64,000 nt of DNA, from the NCBI GenBank assembly GCA_029821755.1, contig JALGSV010000006.1, positions 42,018 through 106,017 on the forward strand, read 5' to 3'. Below are positions 54,318 to 63,309 of the stretch, piece after piece. The notes below the pieces were generated by a model. That model did not search any database. It was not told where the DNA came from and saw only the letters and a program-made list of their open reading frames with translations. Every line of letters begins with the position of its first letter. Positions within the stretch are counted from its first letter, which is position 1. This DNA comes from Candidatus Zipacnadum vermilionense (GTDB lineage: Bacteria > Armatimonadota > Zipacnadia > Zipacnadales > Zipacnadaceae). The position numbers and the translations under genes were made by a program.

Positions 54318-54373
54318 CGATCGACTGACACTTTCCCCCTTGCGTCTCGCGACTTCCCGACGGAGGTAAACGT

Positions 54374-55129
54374 GTGAAGGGCATCATCCTCGTCGGTGGC
54401 CTGGGGACTCGGCTCTACCCGATGACGCGGGTGACCAACAAGCACCTGCTGCCGGTGGACCGCTTTCCCATGGTCTACTACCCCGTGCACAACTTGGTCG
54501 AGGCCGGGGTGCGTGATATCATGCTGGTGACCGGCGGCAACCAGGTCGGCGCCTTCCTGGAGTTGCTGCGGGACGGGCGCGAGTTCGGCCTGGAGCATCT
54601 GTACTTCGCCTACCAGCACGCGCCGCGGGGCATCGCCGACGCCCTGCGCTGCGCCGAGCGCTTCGCGGACCGCGAGCGCTGCATCGTCATGCTGGGCGAC
54701 AACATCCTGGCCGGTAGCATCAAGCCCTTCGTGGACAAATTCCGCGCCCAGCCCGCCGGCGCTCGGGTGCTGGCCAAGGAGGTCCCCGACCCCCACCGCT
54801 TCGGCGTCCCCCGCTTCGACGACCAAGGCCACATCACCGAAATCATCGAAAAACCGGCTGATCCGCCCTCCAATCTGGCCATCATCGGCGTCTATATGTA
54901 CGACGAGACGCTGTGGGACATCCTGCCCGCGCTGGAGCTGTCGGCGCGGGGCCAGTACGAGATCACCGACGTAAACAACGCCTACTTGGCAAAGCACCAA
55001 TTGGAGTGTGACACCATTCCCTTCGCCTGGTCCGATGCCGGCACCCCCGAGAGCCTCCACCGCGCCGCAGAAATGATGCGCGCCAGTGACTTCCTACCGG
55101 CGGTGGCAGAGGGAGTATGGGAGGCGTAG
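54374..55129 (+). CDS. Sugar-phosphate nucleotidyltransferase (short RfbA/SpsI-like)
   Basis: GIILVGGLGTRLYPMT, NKHLLPV, LGDN, EKP and SARGQYEITD motifs. Confidence 0.9.
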   Translation: MKGIILVGGLGTRLYPMTRVTNKHLLPVDRFPMVYYPVHNLVEAGVRDIMLVTGGNQVGAFLELLRDGREFGLEHLYFAYQHAPRGIADALRCAERFADRERCIVMLGDNILAGSIKPFVDKFRAQPAGARVLAKEVPDPHRFGVPRFDDQGHITEIIEKPADPPSNLAIIGVYMYDETLWDILPALELSARGQYEITDVNNAYLAKHQLECDTIPFAWSDAGTPESLHRAAEMMRASDFLPAVAEGVWEA

Positions 55130-55219
55130 AAGAGAGGAGTGGCAGTCGCTGCCCGACAGTGTCAGGGAAGACCGCTGACGTGCTTCCCCCACTGACACTG
55201 TCCACCAGCGCTAACAGCT

Positions 55220-56089
55220 ATGCCCTTCTGGCAAGCCCTACTTAGTGAAGCCGGTGACACCCAAACCTGGGCGGGACGACTACTCAGCGTCCTGGCGACC
55301 GCCCTGGTCGCGACGCTGCTGATCACTCTAATCGTCGCCGTTGAGCGCCGTCTGCGTCCCGCTCTGCTGCGCCGGGCGGAGGCTGCCCCCGGCGCCAAGG
55401 CCGCTCGCGCCCGCGCCGCGACCACGGCCGTCTCTTTGCTTGGCAGTGTGGCCCGCTGGGCCGTCCTGCTGCTGGCCGGGCTCTACATTCTCGCCTCGTT
55501 AGGCATCAACCTCCTGCCGGTGCTCACCGGTCTCGGCTTCCTCGGCGCCGCCCTGGCCTTTGGCTCCCAATCCCTCGTGAGGGACCTCGTCACCGGCCTG
55601 TTCATCCTCCTGGAGGGCCAGTACGCCGTGGGCGACTACGTCTCCCTCAACGGCACCTTCGGCCAAGTCGCCGCCGTCAGCCTGCGCACCACCGCCCTGG
55701 ACACCCCCGACGGCAAGCGCCAATACTTCCCTAACGGCACCATCAGCAAGGTCGCCGTCTACACCGAGCCATTGGCCTGGTTCGAGCTGACCATCCCCCT
55801 CGCCACCGCCCCGCAAGCCGCCGACCTGGAGGAGCCTTTGACCCGCCTAGCCGAGGAACTCCACGCGGCCTTCCCCGAGCGAGTCCTGCAAGTCAGGGAA
55901 GCCGAGCCCTACGCCGAGGAGGGCCAGATGGTCCACGGCCTCCGCCTGCAAGTGGCGGTCTGCCCCGGCTACGAGTGGCTGGCGACGGACGAGCTGATAG
56001 GCCGGGTCAAAGGACTGTTGGAGGCGCGGGAGGCAACTCCGCCGGGAGGACTGCTGCCGGTAGCAAGGGCCCAGGGCATCACTTCCTGA
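55220..56089 (+). CDS. Small-conductance mechanosensitive channel family protein
   Basis: GAALAFGSQSLVRDLVTGLFILLEGQYAVGDYV...LRTT...PNG motif. Confidence 0.9.
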   Translation: MPFWQALLSEAGDTQTWAGRLLSVLATALVATLLITLIVAVERRLRPALLRRAEAAPGAKAARARAATTAVSLLGSVARWAVLLLAGLYILASLGINLLPVLTGLGFLGAALAFGSQSLVRDLVTGLFILLEGQYAVGDYVSLNGTFGQVAAVSLRTTALDTPDGKRQYFPNGTISKVAVYTEPLAWFELTIPLATAPQAADLEEPLTRLAEELHAAFPERVLQVREAEPYAEEGQMVHGLRLQVAVCPGYEWLATDELIGRVKGLLEAREATPPGGLLPVARAQGITS

Positions 56090-56109
56090 AGGCGGCGCAT
56101 GCCCGCTAC

Positions 56110-56138
56110 GAAACCTTTCCCCCTCCCCCGGGGTCTAA
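56110..56138 (+). promoter_or_regulatory. ECF-sigma-like promoter GAAACC-N17-GTCTAA
   Basis: AAC/GTC-type ECF boxes upstream of SD GGAGG and ATG 56173. Confidence 0.5.
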
Positions 56139-56172
56139 CCTATTGTTCCTCAACGCACTCCTATGGAGGCCG

Positions 56173-57270
56173 ATGATGACCGCAGCCCTCGCGATCGTGT
56201 TCCTGCTGAACGGCGCCCAGGTGGACCTGCCGGTACCGGCGCTCATAGTGAACAACGCCGCTTACGTCCCGGCGCGCGCGGTGTTGGAGCAGCTCGGCTG
56301 GAAGGTGGAGTGGGACGCCGCGGCCCAGAAGCTGAACGCTTCGGTGGAAGAGGTGTGCACCTACAGCTTCACCGTCGGCTCGCCCCAGATGACGCTGGAG
56401 TGCAGCGTCTGCGCCACCACCCCCGCCGGCACGCAAGAGACCCTCGACGCCCCGCCGCTGATCATCGGCGACTACCTTTACCTCCCGGTACGGGCGGTGG
56501 CGATTATGGCCGCCGGTCGTACGGAATGGAACGGCCCGACCATGACCGTGAACCTGATCACCGAAGCGCAAGGCAACCCCCAGGACGCGGAGACGGGCAG
56601 CATCATCGCCGATCCGGCCGCCTGGGTCCGCAAGCTGGTGCGCTTGCAGGGAGAATATACCGGCTGGCAAGCCGACCCCTTCGGCCCGGCCGTCTCCCAC
56701 GGCCCCCCCGTCACCCGCAGCGACTGGACGATCCGCGACCTGAGCGGCTCGCTCTACTGCACCCGCCCCACAAGCGTGCAGGAGTTTGCCGTCAAGCTCG
56801 ACCCCCAGGCTGACCTCGGCCGACGGCTCGAGGTGCTTGGCACCGTCGCTCTGACCGCGGACGGCTGGCCCTACCTCCAGATCAGCGACATCTCGCCCTT
56901 GGAGGGTCTGGCCGGGCTGACCTGCTACCTGACCACGGACCGGCATACCTACCAGCCGGGTGAGGTAGCCAAGCTTCAGATGAAGGTGTTCAACCCCACC
57001 GAGGAGGCCCAGATACTGCAGTTCCGCACCAGCCAGCAGTTCGACTTCAGCGCGCGCAACCCCGACGGCGAGACGGTCTGGAAGTGGTCACAGGGCCTCA
57101 TGTTCGCGCAGATGCTGACCCAGAAGGCGCTCCAGCCGGGCGAAGGCTACAGCGTGACTGCGGACTGGACCCTCCCCGCGGACCTGCCCCCCGCCCTCTA
57201 CCGGGTGAGCGGCGAACTCAACCGCGAGGTCTCTTCGTACGTCAAGACCGTCTCGGTGACGAAGGAGTAA
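56173..57270 (+). CDS. Stalk (copper amine oxidase N-terminal) domain plus OB-like domain plus BsuPI-like domain protein
   Basis: YVPARAVLEQLGWKVEWD and YLPVRAV; TRSDWTIRD; FRTSQQFDF...WKWSQGLMFAQML (BsuPI pattern). Confidence 0.7.
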   Translation: MMTAALAIVFLLNGAQVDLPVPALIVNNAAYVPARAVLEQLGWKVEWDAAAQKLNASVEEVCTYSFTVGSPQMTLECSVCATTPAGTQETLDAPPLIIGDYLYLPVRAVAIMAAGRTEWNGPTMTVNLITEAQGNPQDAETGSIIADPAAWVRKLVRLQGEYTGWQADPFGPAVSHGPPVTRSDWTIRDLSGSLYCTRPTSVQEFAVKLDPQADLGRRLEVLGTVALTADGWPYLQISDISPLEGLAGLTCYLTTDRHTYQPGEVAKLQMKVFNPTEEAQILQFRTSQQFDFSARNPDGETVWKWSQGLMFAQMLTQKALQPGEGYSVTADWTLPADLPPALYRVSGELNREVSSYVKTVSVTKE

Positions 57271-57280
57271 CCCTCGGCGC

Positions 57281-58285
57281 ATGACGGACTCGCGCCCAGA
57301 GCCCCTCGCCAACCTCTCCTCTGACTCCCCCTCTCCTGCAAGGAGAGGGAGTTGGGGGGTGAGGCTCTCCTTGCTCGGGTGGCTCCTCCTAGTGGCCGTT
57401 CTCGGCTGGGGCCTGGGACATCTCGTACCCCGGCGCGGCTCTCCCCAGCCCCCCTCCCCCGCGGTGATGGCCAGTGAGCCGGAGAAGATTCCCGACGAAG
57501 TGGTCATCAGCCCCACCGACCGGCGGCTGGAGAGTACCCCGGTGCTACTACCGGTCACGGTGGTGCCCCTGTACTGCTTCTACCGCCTGGACCGTCTCCC
57601 GGCCCGCTCCCCCCTGCAGGTGACCTGGAAGCTCAATGGCCAGGACCTGGGCGAGTTGCCCCTCGAGGATAACCGTCCGCAGGGGAAGACCGCCTTGGCC
57701 GGGCGCTTCCTGCTCCGCCCGCCCCAGGACGCCCGGGAATTCGCGCCCGGGCTCTACCAGTTGATCTTCCACAGCGGCGGGGAGGAGATCGTGGACGCCT
57801 CCTTCGTGGCGGCGGTGGACGCGGAGAAGATCCTTACGCAGCAGGCGCCGCCTGCGGGGGAAATCCGGGTGGTGAGTCTGACCACCTGCACCGGTGTGGA
57901 TGCCCAGGGCCGCCCCTCGGGCTTGACCGGGACCTTTCGCCCCACCGACCGCGTCCACGGGTTGTTTACGTACCTCAACGGGGTCAAGCAGGCGCGGTTT
58001 GAGGTGCGCTGGCTAGCGCAGGACGTGGTCATCCCCCAGGCGACGCAGCAGGTGGAGATGAAAGCAGGCGCGGGGCAGTCATACGCATGGCTCCAGGCAG
58101 GCGGGGAGGGCCTGCCGGAGGGCCCCTGCCAGGTGCAGGTGCTGGTTGCGGGCAGTGAGCAGCCGCTGGCGTCGGTTCCCTTCACCATCAGCAAGACCGC
58201 CGCCTCGCCAGCGCCAACCGCCGCTGCCCCGCCCCTCCCGGCGCTCCCGGCCCCGCCGACGCTACCCCCGCGGCCCAGCCCGTAG
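57281..58285 (+). CDS. Membrane-anchored hypothetical protein with two Ig-like repeats
   Basis: N-terminal TM helix, two similar beta-rich repeats (VTW...GLYQL; VRW...GPCQV) and a Pro-rich tail; alternative GTG start at 57359. Confidence 0.6.
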   Translation: MTDSRPEPLANLSSDSPSPARRGSWGVRLSLLGWLLLVAVLGWGLGHLVPRRGSPQPPSPAVMASEPEKIPDEVVISPTDRRLESTPVLLPVTVVPLYCFYRLDRLPARSPLQVTWKLNGQDLGELPLEDNRPQGKTALAGRFLLRPPQDAREFAPGLYQLIFHSGGEEIVDASFVAAVDAEKILTQQAPPAGEIRVVSLTTCTGVDAQGRPSGLTGTFRPTDRVHGLFTYLNGVKQARFEVRWLAQDVVIPQATQQVEMKAGAGQSYAWLQAGGEGLPEGPCQVQVLVAGSEQPLASVPFTISKTAASPAPTAAAPPLPALPAPPTLPPRPSP

Positions 58286-58318
58286 GACCTGCCGCGGCGG
58301 GAGGGCGCCCCCCGACCT

Positions 58319-59029
58319 TCACCCAACTCTCTCCTCTCCCCAGAACCCCTTCAGGGTACCCAACGCCTCTTCCTCGCTTACATCGTGCCACTGCTGGTAG
58401 GCCTCGGCCACCGCGAACCTGCCGCTCCGCCGAACGTTGGCGCAGTACAACCCGTCCGCCAGCGGGGCCACGCGGCCGATCGCCTCGGGGTGGCCCGTCG
58501 GGACGGCCACAATGATCTTGGCGGCCCCCGCCGCGCGCAGCGCCTGGGCGGCCGCGACCATGGTGTAACCCGAGGCCAAGCCGTCGTCGACCAGGATCAC
58601 CGTACGCTCCCGCACCGCGAGTGGTGCGCGTCCCGGCCGTAGCCGCGCTACTCGCCCCGCCACCTTCTCCCGCGTCTCGGCAATCCCGCGCCCCACCTCC
58701 TCCTCGCTCAGCCCTGCCCTGATCAGCATCTCGTGATTGAGCACGACCGTGCCGTCCCACGCTACTGCGCCATAACCGGCCTCCGCAGTCCAGGGCAGGA
58801 GTATCTTGCTGGTCGGGGCGGCCTCCAGGTCCAGCCCTAGCCAGCGCGCCAGGGCCGCCGCCACCGGCACTCCGCCAGCGGGGATGGCCACCACCAGTGC
58901 CCCCGAGTCACGCCACTCGGCCAGCATCTCGGCCAGTATTTCCCCGGCCGCCTCCCGGTCCGGCAAAATCCCCACCCGATCGCGCAACTCGGGCAGGTCA
59001 ACGATCTGTGCAGGGGTTCTGTCATCCAT
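58319..59029 (-). CDS. Phosphoribosyltransferase-family protein
   Basis: DREAAG, IPAGGVPVA and PRPP-loop ILVDDGLASG motifs. Confidence 0.9.
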   Translation of the reverse strand: MDDRTPAQIVDLPELRDRVGILPDREAAGEILAEMLAEWRDSGALVVAIPAGGVPVAAALARWLGLDLEAAPTSKILLPWTAEAGYGAVAWDGTVVLNHEMLIRAGLSEEEVGRGIAETREKVAGRVARLRPGRAPLAVRERTVILVDDGLASGYTMVAAAQALRAAGAAKIIVAVPTGHPEAIGRVAPLADGLYCANVRRSGRFAVAEAYQQWHDVSEEEALGTLKGFWGEERVG

Positions 59030-59261
59030 GGACGCACTCCACCACTTCCACAAGCCGCAAAGCGTATTGCCCACCCTTAATGACTGGCGCAAGCGGGAAC
59101 TGGTTCGCTAGCGAGAGAGATGGTGATGCGCGTCAAGACTGGGGAGAGTCCAACTGATCGCTATCCTCGGTCCGCGATCGAGTGAGCAGTGGGGGGTAAA
59201 CGGGGGGCGCTAGAGGGCGACTTGGGCCCGTGCCACTATCGTTGGTAGACCGGGGGGCCAA

Positions 59262-59289
59262 GCAGGAACTCTCCCCTTCCCCTGCGAAA
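59262..59289 (+). promoter_or_regulatory. SigH-like promoter GCAGGA-N17-CGAAA
   Basis: Ends 10 nt before the comEC ATG; no SD between them. Confidence 0.55.
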
Positions 59290-59299
59290 CAGACCGTCG

Positions 59300-61759
59300 A
59301 TGCGCGTGTCTTCGCCGCCGCGACCTGAGGGACTCCGCCGCGACCTGGCCCGACAGCTTGCCTATCGGCCGCTGGTGCTGATGGCCGTCGGCCTGGCCGC
59401 CGGCATTGCCCTGGCCGAGGCGCTGGAGCTACCCTTCTCCCCCGCCCTGCTGGTGTTGTGCGCCGCGGTGACCACCTTGGCTTTGGTGCTGGGGAGGCTT
59501 ACCGGCTCGTTGCGGCTGTGGCTTGCCCTCGTCTTTCTCGCCCTGGGTGTCCTCCTACACAGTCTCCACTCGGTCGTGCCCCCCTACCACTTGCAGTCCC
59601 AGCTGCCCCTGCACGGCGTGCGCCTGCTGGGCCGCCTAGTGGAGGCGCCCCGGACGACCGCGCACGGACGCCGCCTGGCCCTGGATTGCCAGTGGCTGGA
59701 GATCGGGAGCGGCTGGCAGCGGACCGCCGGTCGGGCATCCTTGTACCAGTGGGGCTCCGGGCCCACGCTATATGAGGGCGATCAGGTCACCGTAGTCGTC
59801 AGCCGACTGGCCGCCCCCCCCCGCGCGACCAATCCGGGGCAGTTCGACGCGCGCCGATACTATCGGCACCGGGGCTTGTGCGCGCGGGGCACCGCTCAAG
59901 ACGTGCAGGTCGCGCCGGGACCGCCCTCGGTGAGCGGGCGCGTGGAGGACTTCGTGGCGCAGCGGCAGCGGACCGCCCTCGCGGCGCTGCGGCGAGCCAT
60001 GCCGGGCGACAACCCCGACTTCTACGCGGGACTGCTGGGCGGGATGGTCTACGGCCGGCGGGCCGTCGGGTCACTGGACGAGGCAACCGAGGACCTCTTC
60101 CGACGCACCGGCACCATCCATCTCCTCGTCGTCTCCGGCGCGCAGATCACCTTCATCATCTTCACCCTCATCTTCCTGATTAGCGGCCGGGACCGCTGGG
60201 CGCTCCAGCCTTGGCATCTGCTGCTCATCTTCCCCCCCATGCTTGCCTTCTCTCTCTTCGCCGGGATCGCCGCCTCGGTGATTCGCGGCCTGATCATGGC
60301 CGGGGTGCTGGCCTATGCGCTAGTCAGCCACCGCGACTACGACCCCTACAGCGCCCTGGCTCTGGCAGCGCTGGCCCTGATGGTGGCCGACACCACTGCC
60401 GTCTTTAACGTGGGTACGCAACTGACCTTCGCCGCCTGTCTCGGAGTGATCACTTTCCCCCCGCGCCTGCGAATTGACGAGTGGACCGGCCGCCACCAAC
60501 GCCCACCGCTGCTGGTCACCGTTTTCTGGGCCAGTGTAGGCGCCTGGGCCCTGACCACCCCCATCATCGTTGCCACCTTCCACAGCCTACCCTTGCTAGG
60601 GAACCTCGCCAACCTGCTCGCCGTGCCCCTGTCGATGCTAATCATGCCTCTGGGCATGGTCGCCCTGCTCACCGGTGCCTGGCTGCTGCCGGTCACCGCC
60701 GTTGCATGTTGGCTATCCCGGTTGCTGCTAGTGATCATGCTCACCGGGAACCGTCTCTGCCAGGCCCTGCCCGGCGCTTTCTTGGACCTGGTAGAGTTCA
60801 GTCCTGAACTGACCCTGGGCTGGTACATGGTGGTGGCCGGGGGATTGCTGCTGGTAGCGAGGGCCGACCTGCGCCGGTGGCTCGGCTCGCGGTGGCGGTT
60901 GCTGCCGCACGAGGCCCTGTGGATAGGTGTCGGCGCGCTGCTGGCCCTTGGGGTGGTCGCCGGCGCCCTCTCTCTAGGCCAACCGCCTCGTCTCACGCTG
61001 AGCCTGCTGGACGTGGGGGAGGGCAACTGCTTCCTGGTGCAGGCGCCCGGGGGGGCGACGATGATGATCGACGCCGGGACCAATGGTGACGGCGGGGCAC
61101 TCGCTCAGGACACCGTCATTCCCTATCTCGCGCATCGGGGCGTGCGGCGGCTGGACTACTTCCTACTCACCCACGGCGATACGGACCACTGCAACGCCCT
61201 GGCGGAGCTGCTTCCCCGCGTACCGATAGGGCGGTACCTCGATCCGCAACTGGGTGGCACGCCCACCTACCAGGAGGCCCTGCGGGAGGTGCGGGCCCGC
61301 GGCGTGCCCCGCTACCGCGCGGGCGCGGGGCAGGAGATCTCGTTGGGCGCGGATGTGACGGCGCTATTATTGGCCCCCACTGAACCCTTACTGCGGGGCA
61401 CCGGCGCCGACGAGAACAACAACTCCGTCGCGGTGTTGCTCCGCTACGGCTCGACCCGCCTGCTGGTCCTGGGCGACCAGCAGGAGCCCGGCCTACTCCG
61501 CCTGACGGCCTGGGCGGACGCGCACCGCATGCCCCTGCAGGCGCAAGTGGTCGTCATCCCCCATCACGGCCGCTCGGCTCCCTGGTGTCGCGAACTGCTA
61601 CGCCTCTCCGGCGCTCACTGGGCCCTGGTCTCCGGCAGCCGCGGCCCCTTCACGCGAGGCACGCTCGCCGCCTCGGTCCAGGTTCTTTCCACCGGCGAGG
61701 TCGGCGCAATTGAGGTGATCAGCGATGGGAAGGAGGTACGGGTAAGACGAGCGCGTTAG
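59300..61759 (+). CDS. comEC: Competence DNA uptake protein ComEC/Rec2
   Basis: NPGQFD, GTIHLLVVSG, DVGEG, MBL-type THGDTDH, NNNS and PHHG motifs. Confidence 0.93.
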   Translation: MRVSSPPRPEGLRRDLARQLAYRPLVLMAVGLAAGIALAEALELPFSPALLVLCAAVTTLALVLGRLTGSLRLWLALVFLALGVLLHSLHSVVPPYHLQSQLPLHGVRLLGRLVEAPRTTAHGRRLALDCQWLEIGSGWQRTAGRASLYQWGSGPTLYEGDQVTVVVSRLAAPPRATNPGQFDARRYYRHRGLCARGTAQDVQVAPGPPSVSGRVEDFVAQRQRTALAALRRAMPGDNPDFYAGLLGGMVYGRRAVGSLDEATEDLFRRTGTIHLLVVSGAQITFIIFTLIFLISGRDRWALQPWHLLLIFPPMLAFSLFAGIAASVIRGLIMAGVLAYALVSHRDYDPYSALALAALALMVADTTAVFNVGTQLTFAACLGVITFPPRLRIDEWTGRHQRPPLLVTVFWASVGAWALTTPIIVATFHSLPLLGNLANLLAVPLSMLIMPLGMVALLTGAWLLPVTAVACWLSRLLLVIMLTGNRLCQALPGAFLDLVEFSPELTLGWYMVVAGGLLLVARADLRRWLGSRWRLLPHEALWIGVGALLALGVVAGALSLGQPPRLTLSLLDVGEGNCFLVQAPGGATMMIDAGTNGDGGALAQDTVIPYLAHRGVRRLDYFLLTHGDTDHCNALAELLPRVPIGRYLDPQLGGTPTYQEALREVRARGVPRYRAGAGQEISLGADVTALLLAPTEPLLRGTGADENNNSVAVLLRYGSTRLLVLGDQQEPGLLRLTAWADAHRMPLQAQVVVIPHHGRSAPWCRELLRLSGAHWALVSGSRGPFTRGTLAASVQVLSTGEVGAIEVISDGKEVRVRRAR

Positions 61760-61780
61760 CCTACCGCCCAGGAAAAGCAC

Positions 61781-61806
61781 AGAAGCGACCCACAAGGATC
61801 GCTTCT
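61781..61806. terminator. Hairpin between convergent comEC and response regulator genes
   Basis: AGAAGCGA...TCGCTTCT inverted repeat. Confidence 0.4.
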
Positions 61807-61852
61807 CTATCGCGTCGATGGTCGCGGGTTGGTCCGTCTGCGCCGCGGGCGT

Positions 61853-62236
61853 CTACTCTGTATTGGTGCTGTCCAGCACCCGCCGAATGACCAGCGCCAG
61901 GTCGTCGTAGTCCGTGATCGGCTTGGTGTAAAACCAGGTGCAGCCCAGGTCGAAGCCCGTCAGCACGTTGACCGGCTCCTTGAGGGCGGTTAACATCAGC
62001 ACTGGAATCTTCGCGTTCTCCTCATCGGTCTGGAGCATCTGCAGCGTCGCCCAACCGTCGAGACGCGGCATCATCACGTCCAGGATGATCAGGTCCGGCT
62101 TCTCCTTGCCCACGACCTCCAGCCCCTCGAGACCGTCGTAAGCCTCCAGTACCTTGTAGCCCTGGCTCTCCAGGAATAGCCTGGTGGCGAAGACGAAGTC
62201 GCGGTGGTCGTCAACAATCAGGATCGTCTCGGCCAT
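61853..62236 (-). CDS. Stand-alone receiver-domain response regulator
   Basis: ILIVDD, LDVMMPRLDG, MLTA and KP motifs. Confidence 0.93.
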   Translation of the reverse strand: MAETILIVDDHRDFVFATRLFLESQGYKVLEAYDGLEGLEVVGKEKPDLIILDVMMPRLDGWATLQMLQTDEENAKIPVLMLTALKEPVNVLTGFDLGCTWFYTKPITDYDDLALVIRRVLDSTNTE

Positions 62237-62242
62237 ACTGCT

Positions 62243-63244
62243 CTACTCTCCCTTGATCTCGCGTGGCGGGCCCGCGCCGGTGAGGTGCGTGTGGCGCCGG
62301 TCCCCGACTAGTCCCGTTTTCTCCGTGCGGCGGGCATATTCCTTCAACTCCGCCAGGATCGCGGAAACCTGCCCCGGGTGGTCCACGTCCTCTGCCTCGT
62401 TCGTCACGGCCACCGCCACCAGGCGAGTCAGCGGCACCAGACGTTCCTCGCCGGTGCGGGTGATGACCGTCACTCCGCCCACCGCTCGATCTTGCGTATC
62501 ATACAGCCTAGGGGCCAGATGGTCAAACCTTTCCTGCGCTGCCGTCACCAGTGCCTCCATGCGCGCGGGGATGGTCACCAGGAAGAAGTCGTCCCCGCCC
62601 AGGTGAGAGAGCACGTCCTCCGGCCCACCGTGCTCCCGTAGCACCGCGAGGAGCGTGTCCCGCAGTAGTAGCAGCACGCCGTCGCCCCGGGCATAGCCGT
62701 AGCAGTCGTTGTAGGCCTTGAAATGGCGCAGATCCAGGGCGACGACCGCCAGTCGGCCCCGCTCCGGCAGGCGCCGCAGCAGCTCGCGCTCCAGGACCCC
62801 GACGCCGGGAAGTCCGGTCAGCGGGTTGCTCTCCTGCCGCCGCCAGGCGAGGCGCAGCCGCACGCGCAAGCGCCGCAGCAGTCGCGCTCCCATCTGCGCT
62901 GGGTCCACGAACTCGTCCGCTCCCGCCTCCAGCGCCTGCTCCTCGCCCTGGTCGCTGAAGCGCTCCGCGACGACTATCATCGGCAGGTCGGCTCCCACCT
63001 GCCCCGCTCGCAGCGCCCGGCACAAGTCGAGCGCCGGCATGTCTTCCAGTTGTTCCCCTATCACCGCCGCCCCCGCTTGCCCCCGCCGCGCCTCCGCCAT
63101 AATCTCTTCCCCACGCGCCACCAGGCGTACCTCGCCCAGGTCCAGCAGGTGAGCCAGACGCTCCCCTGGCCCCGGCGTAGCCAGCAGTGGCACCGCTCGC
63201 ATGGGGACGGCCGGCAGAGGTTGTTCGAGGCTGTCATCGGCCAT
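62243..63244 (-). CDS. Degenerate REC plus GGDEF (GGDDF) diguanylate cyclase-like protein
   Basis: NPLTGLP, DLRHFKAYNDCYG and HLGGDDF motifs; the receiver lacks the canonical Asp. Confidence 0.85.
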   Translation of the reverse strand: MADDSLEQPLPAVPMRAVPLLATPGPGERLAHLLDLGEVRLVARGEEIMAEARRGQAGAAVIGEQLEDMPALDLCRALRAGQVGADLPMIVVAERFSDQGEEQALEAGADEFVDPAQMGARLLRRLRVRLRLAWRRQESNPLTGLPGVGVLERELLRRLPERGRLAVVALDLRHFKAYNDCYGYARGDGVLLLLRDTLLAVLREHGGPEDVLSHLGGDDFFLVTIPARMEALVTAAQERFDHLAPRLYDTQDRAVGGVTVITRTGEERLVPLTRLVAVAVTNEAEDVDHPGQVSAILAELKEYARRTEKTGLVGDRRHTHLTGAGPPREIKGE

Positions 63245-63274
63245 TGCGACACTAACTTTAGGCCACAGCCGGAG

Positions 63275-63301
63275 GCAGGTCAAGATGCGCCGAGGGCGAA
63301 T
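63275..63301 (+). promoter_or_regulatory. SigH-like promoter GCAGGT-N16-CGAAT
   Basis: Ends 8 nt before ATG 63310; interdigitated with a divergent TTGACC-N17-TAAAGT promoter for the GGDEF gene. Confidence 0.5.
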
Positions 63302-63309
63302 ATTGCGCT

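Noticed and set aside
61853-63244. GGDDF variant as a novelty
   Set aside because: REC-GGDDF proteins next to receiver genes are a familiar arrangement.
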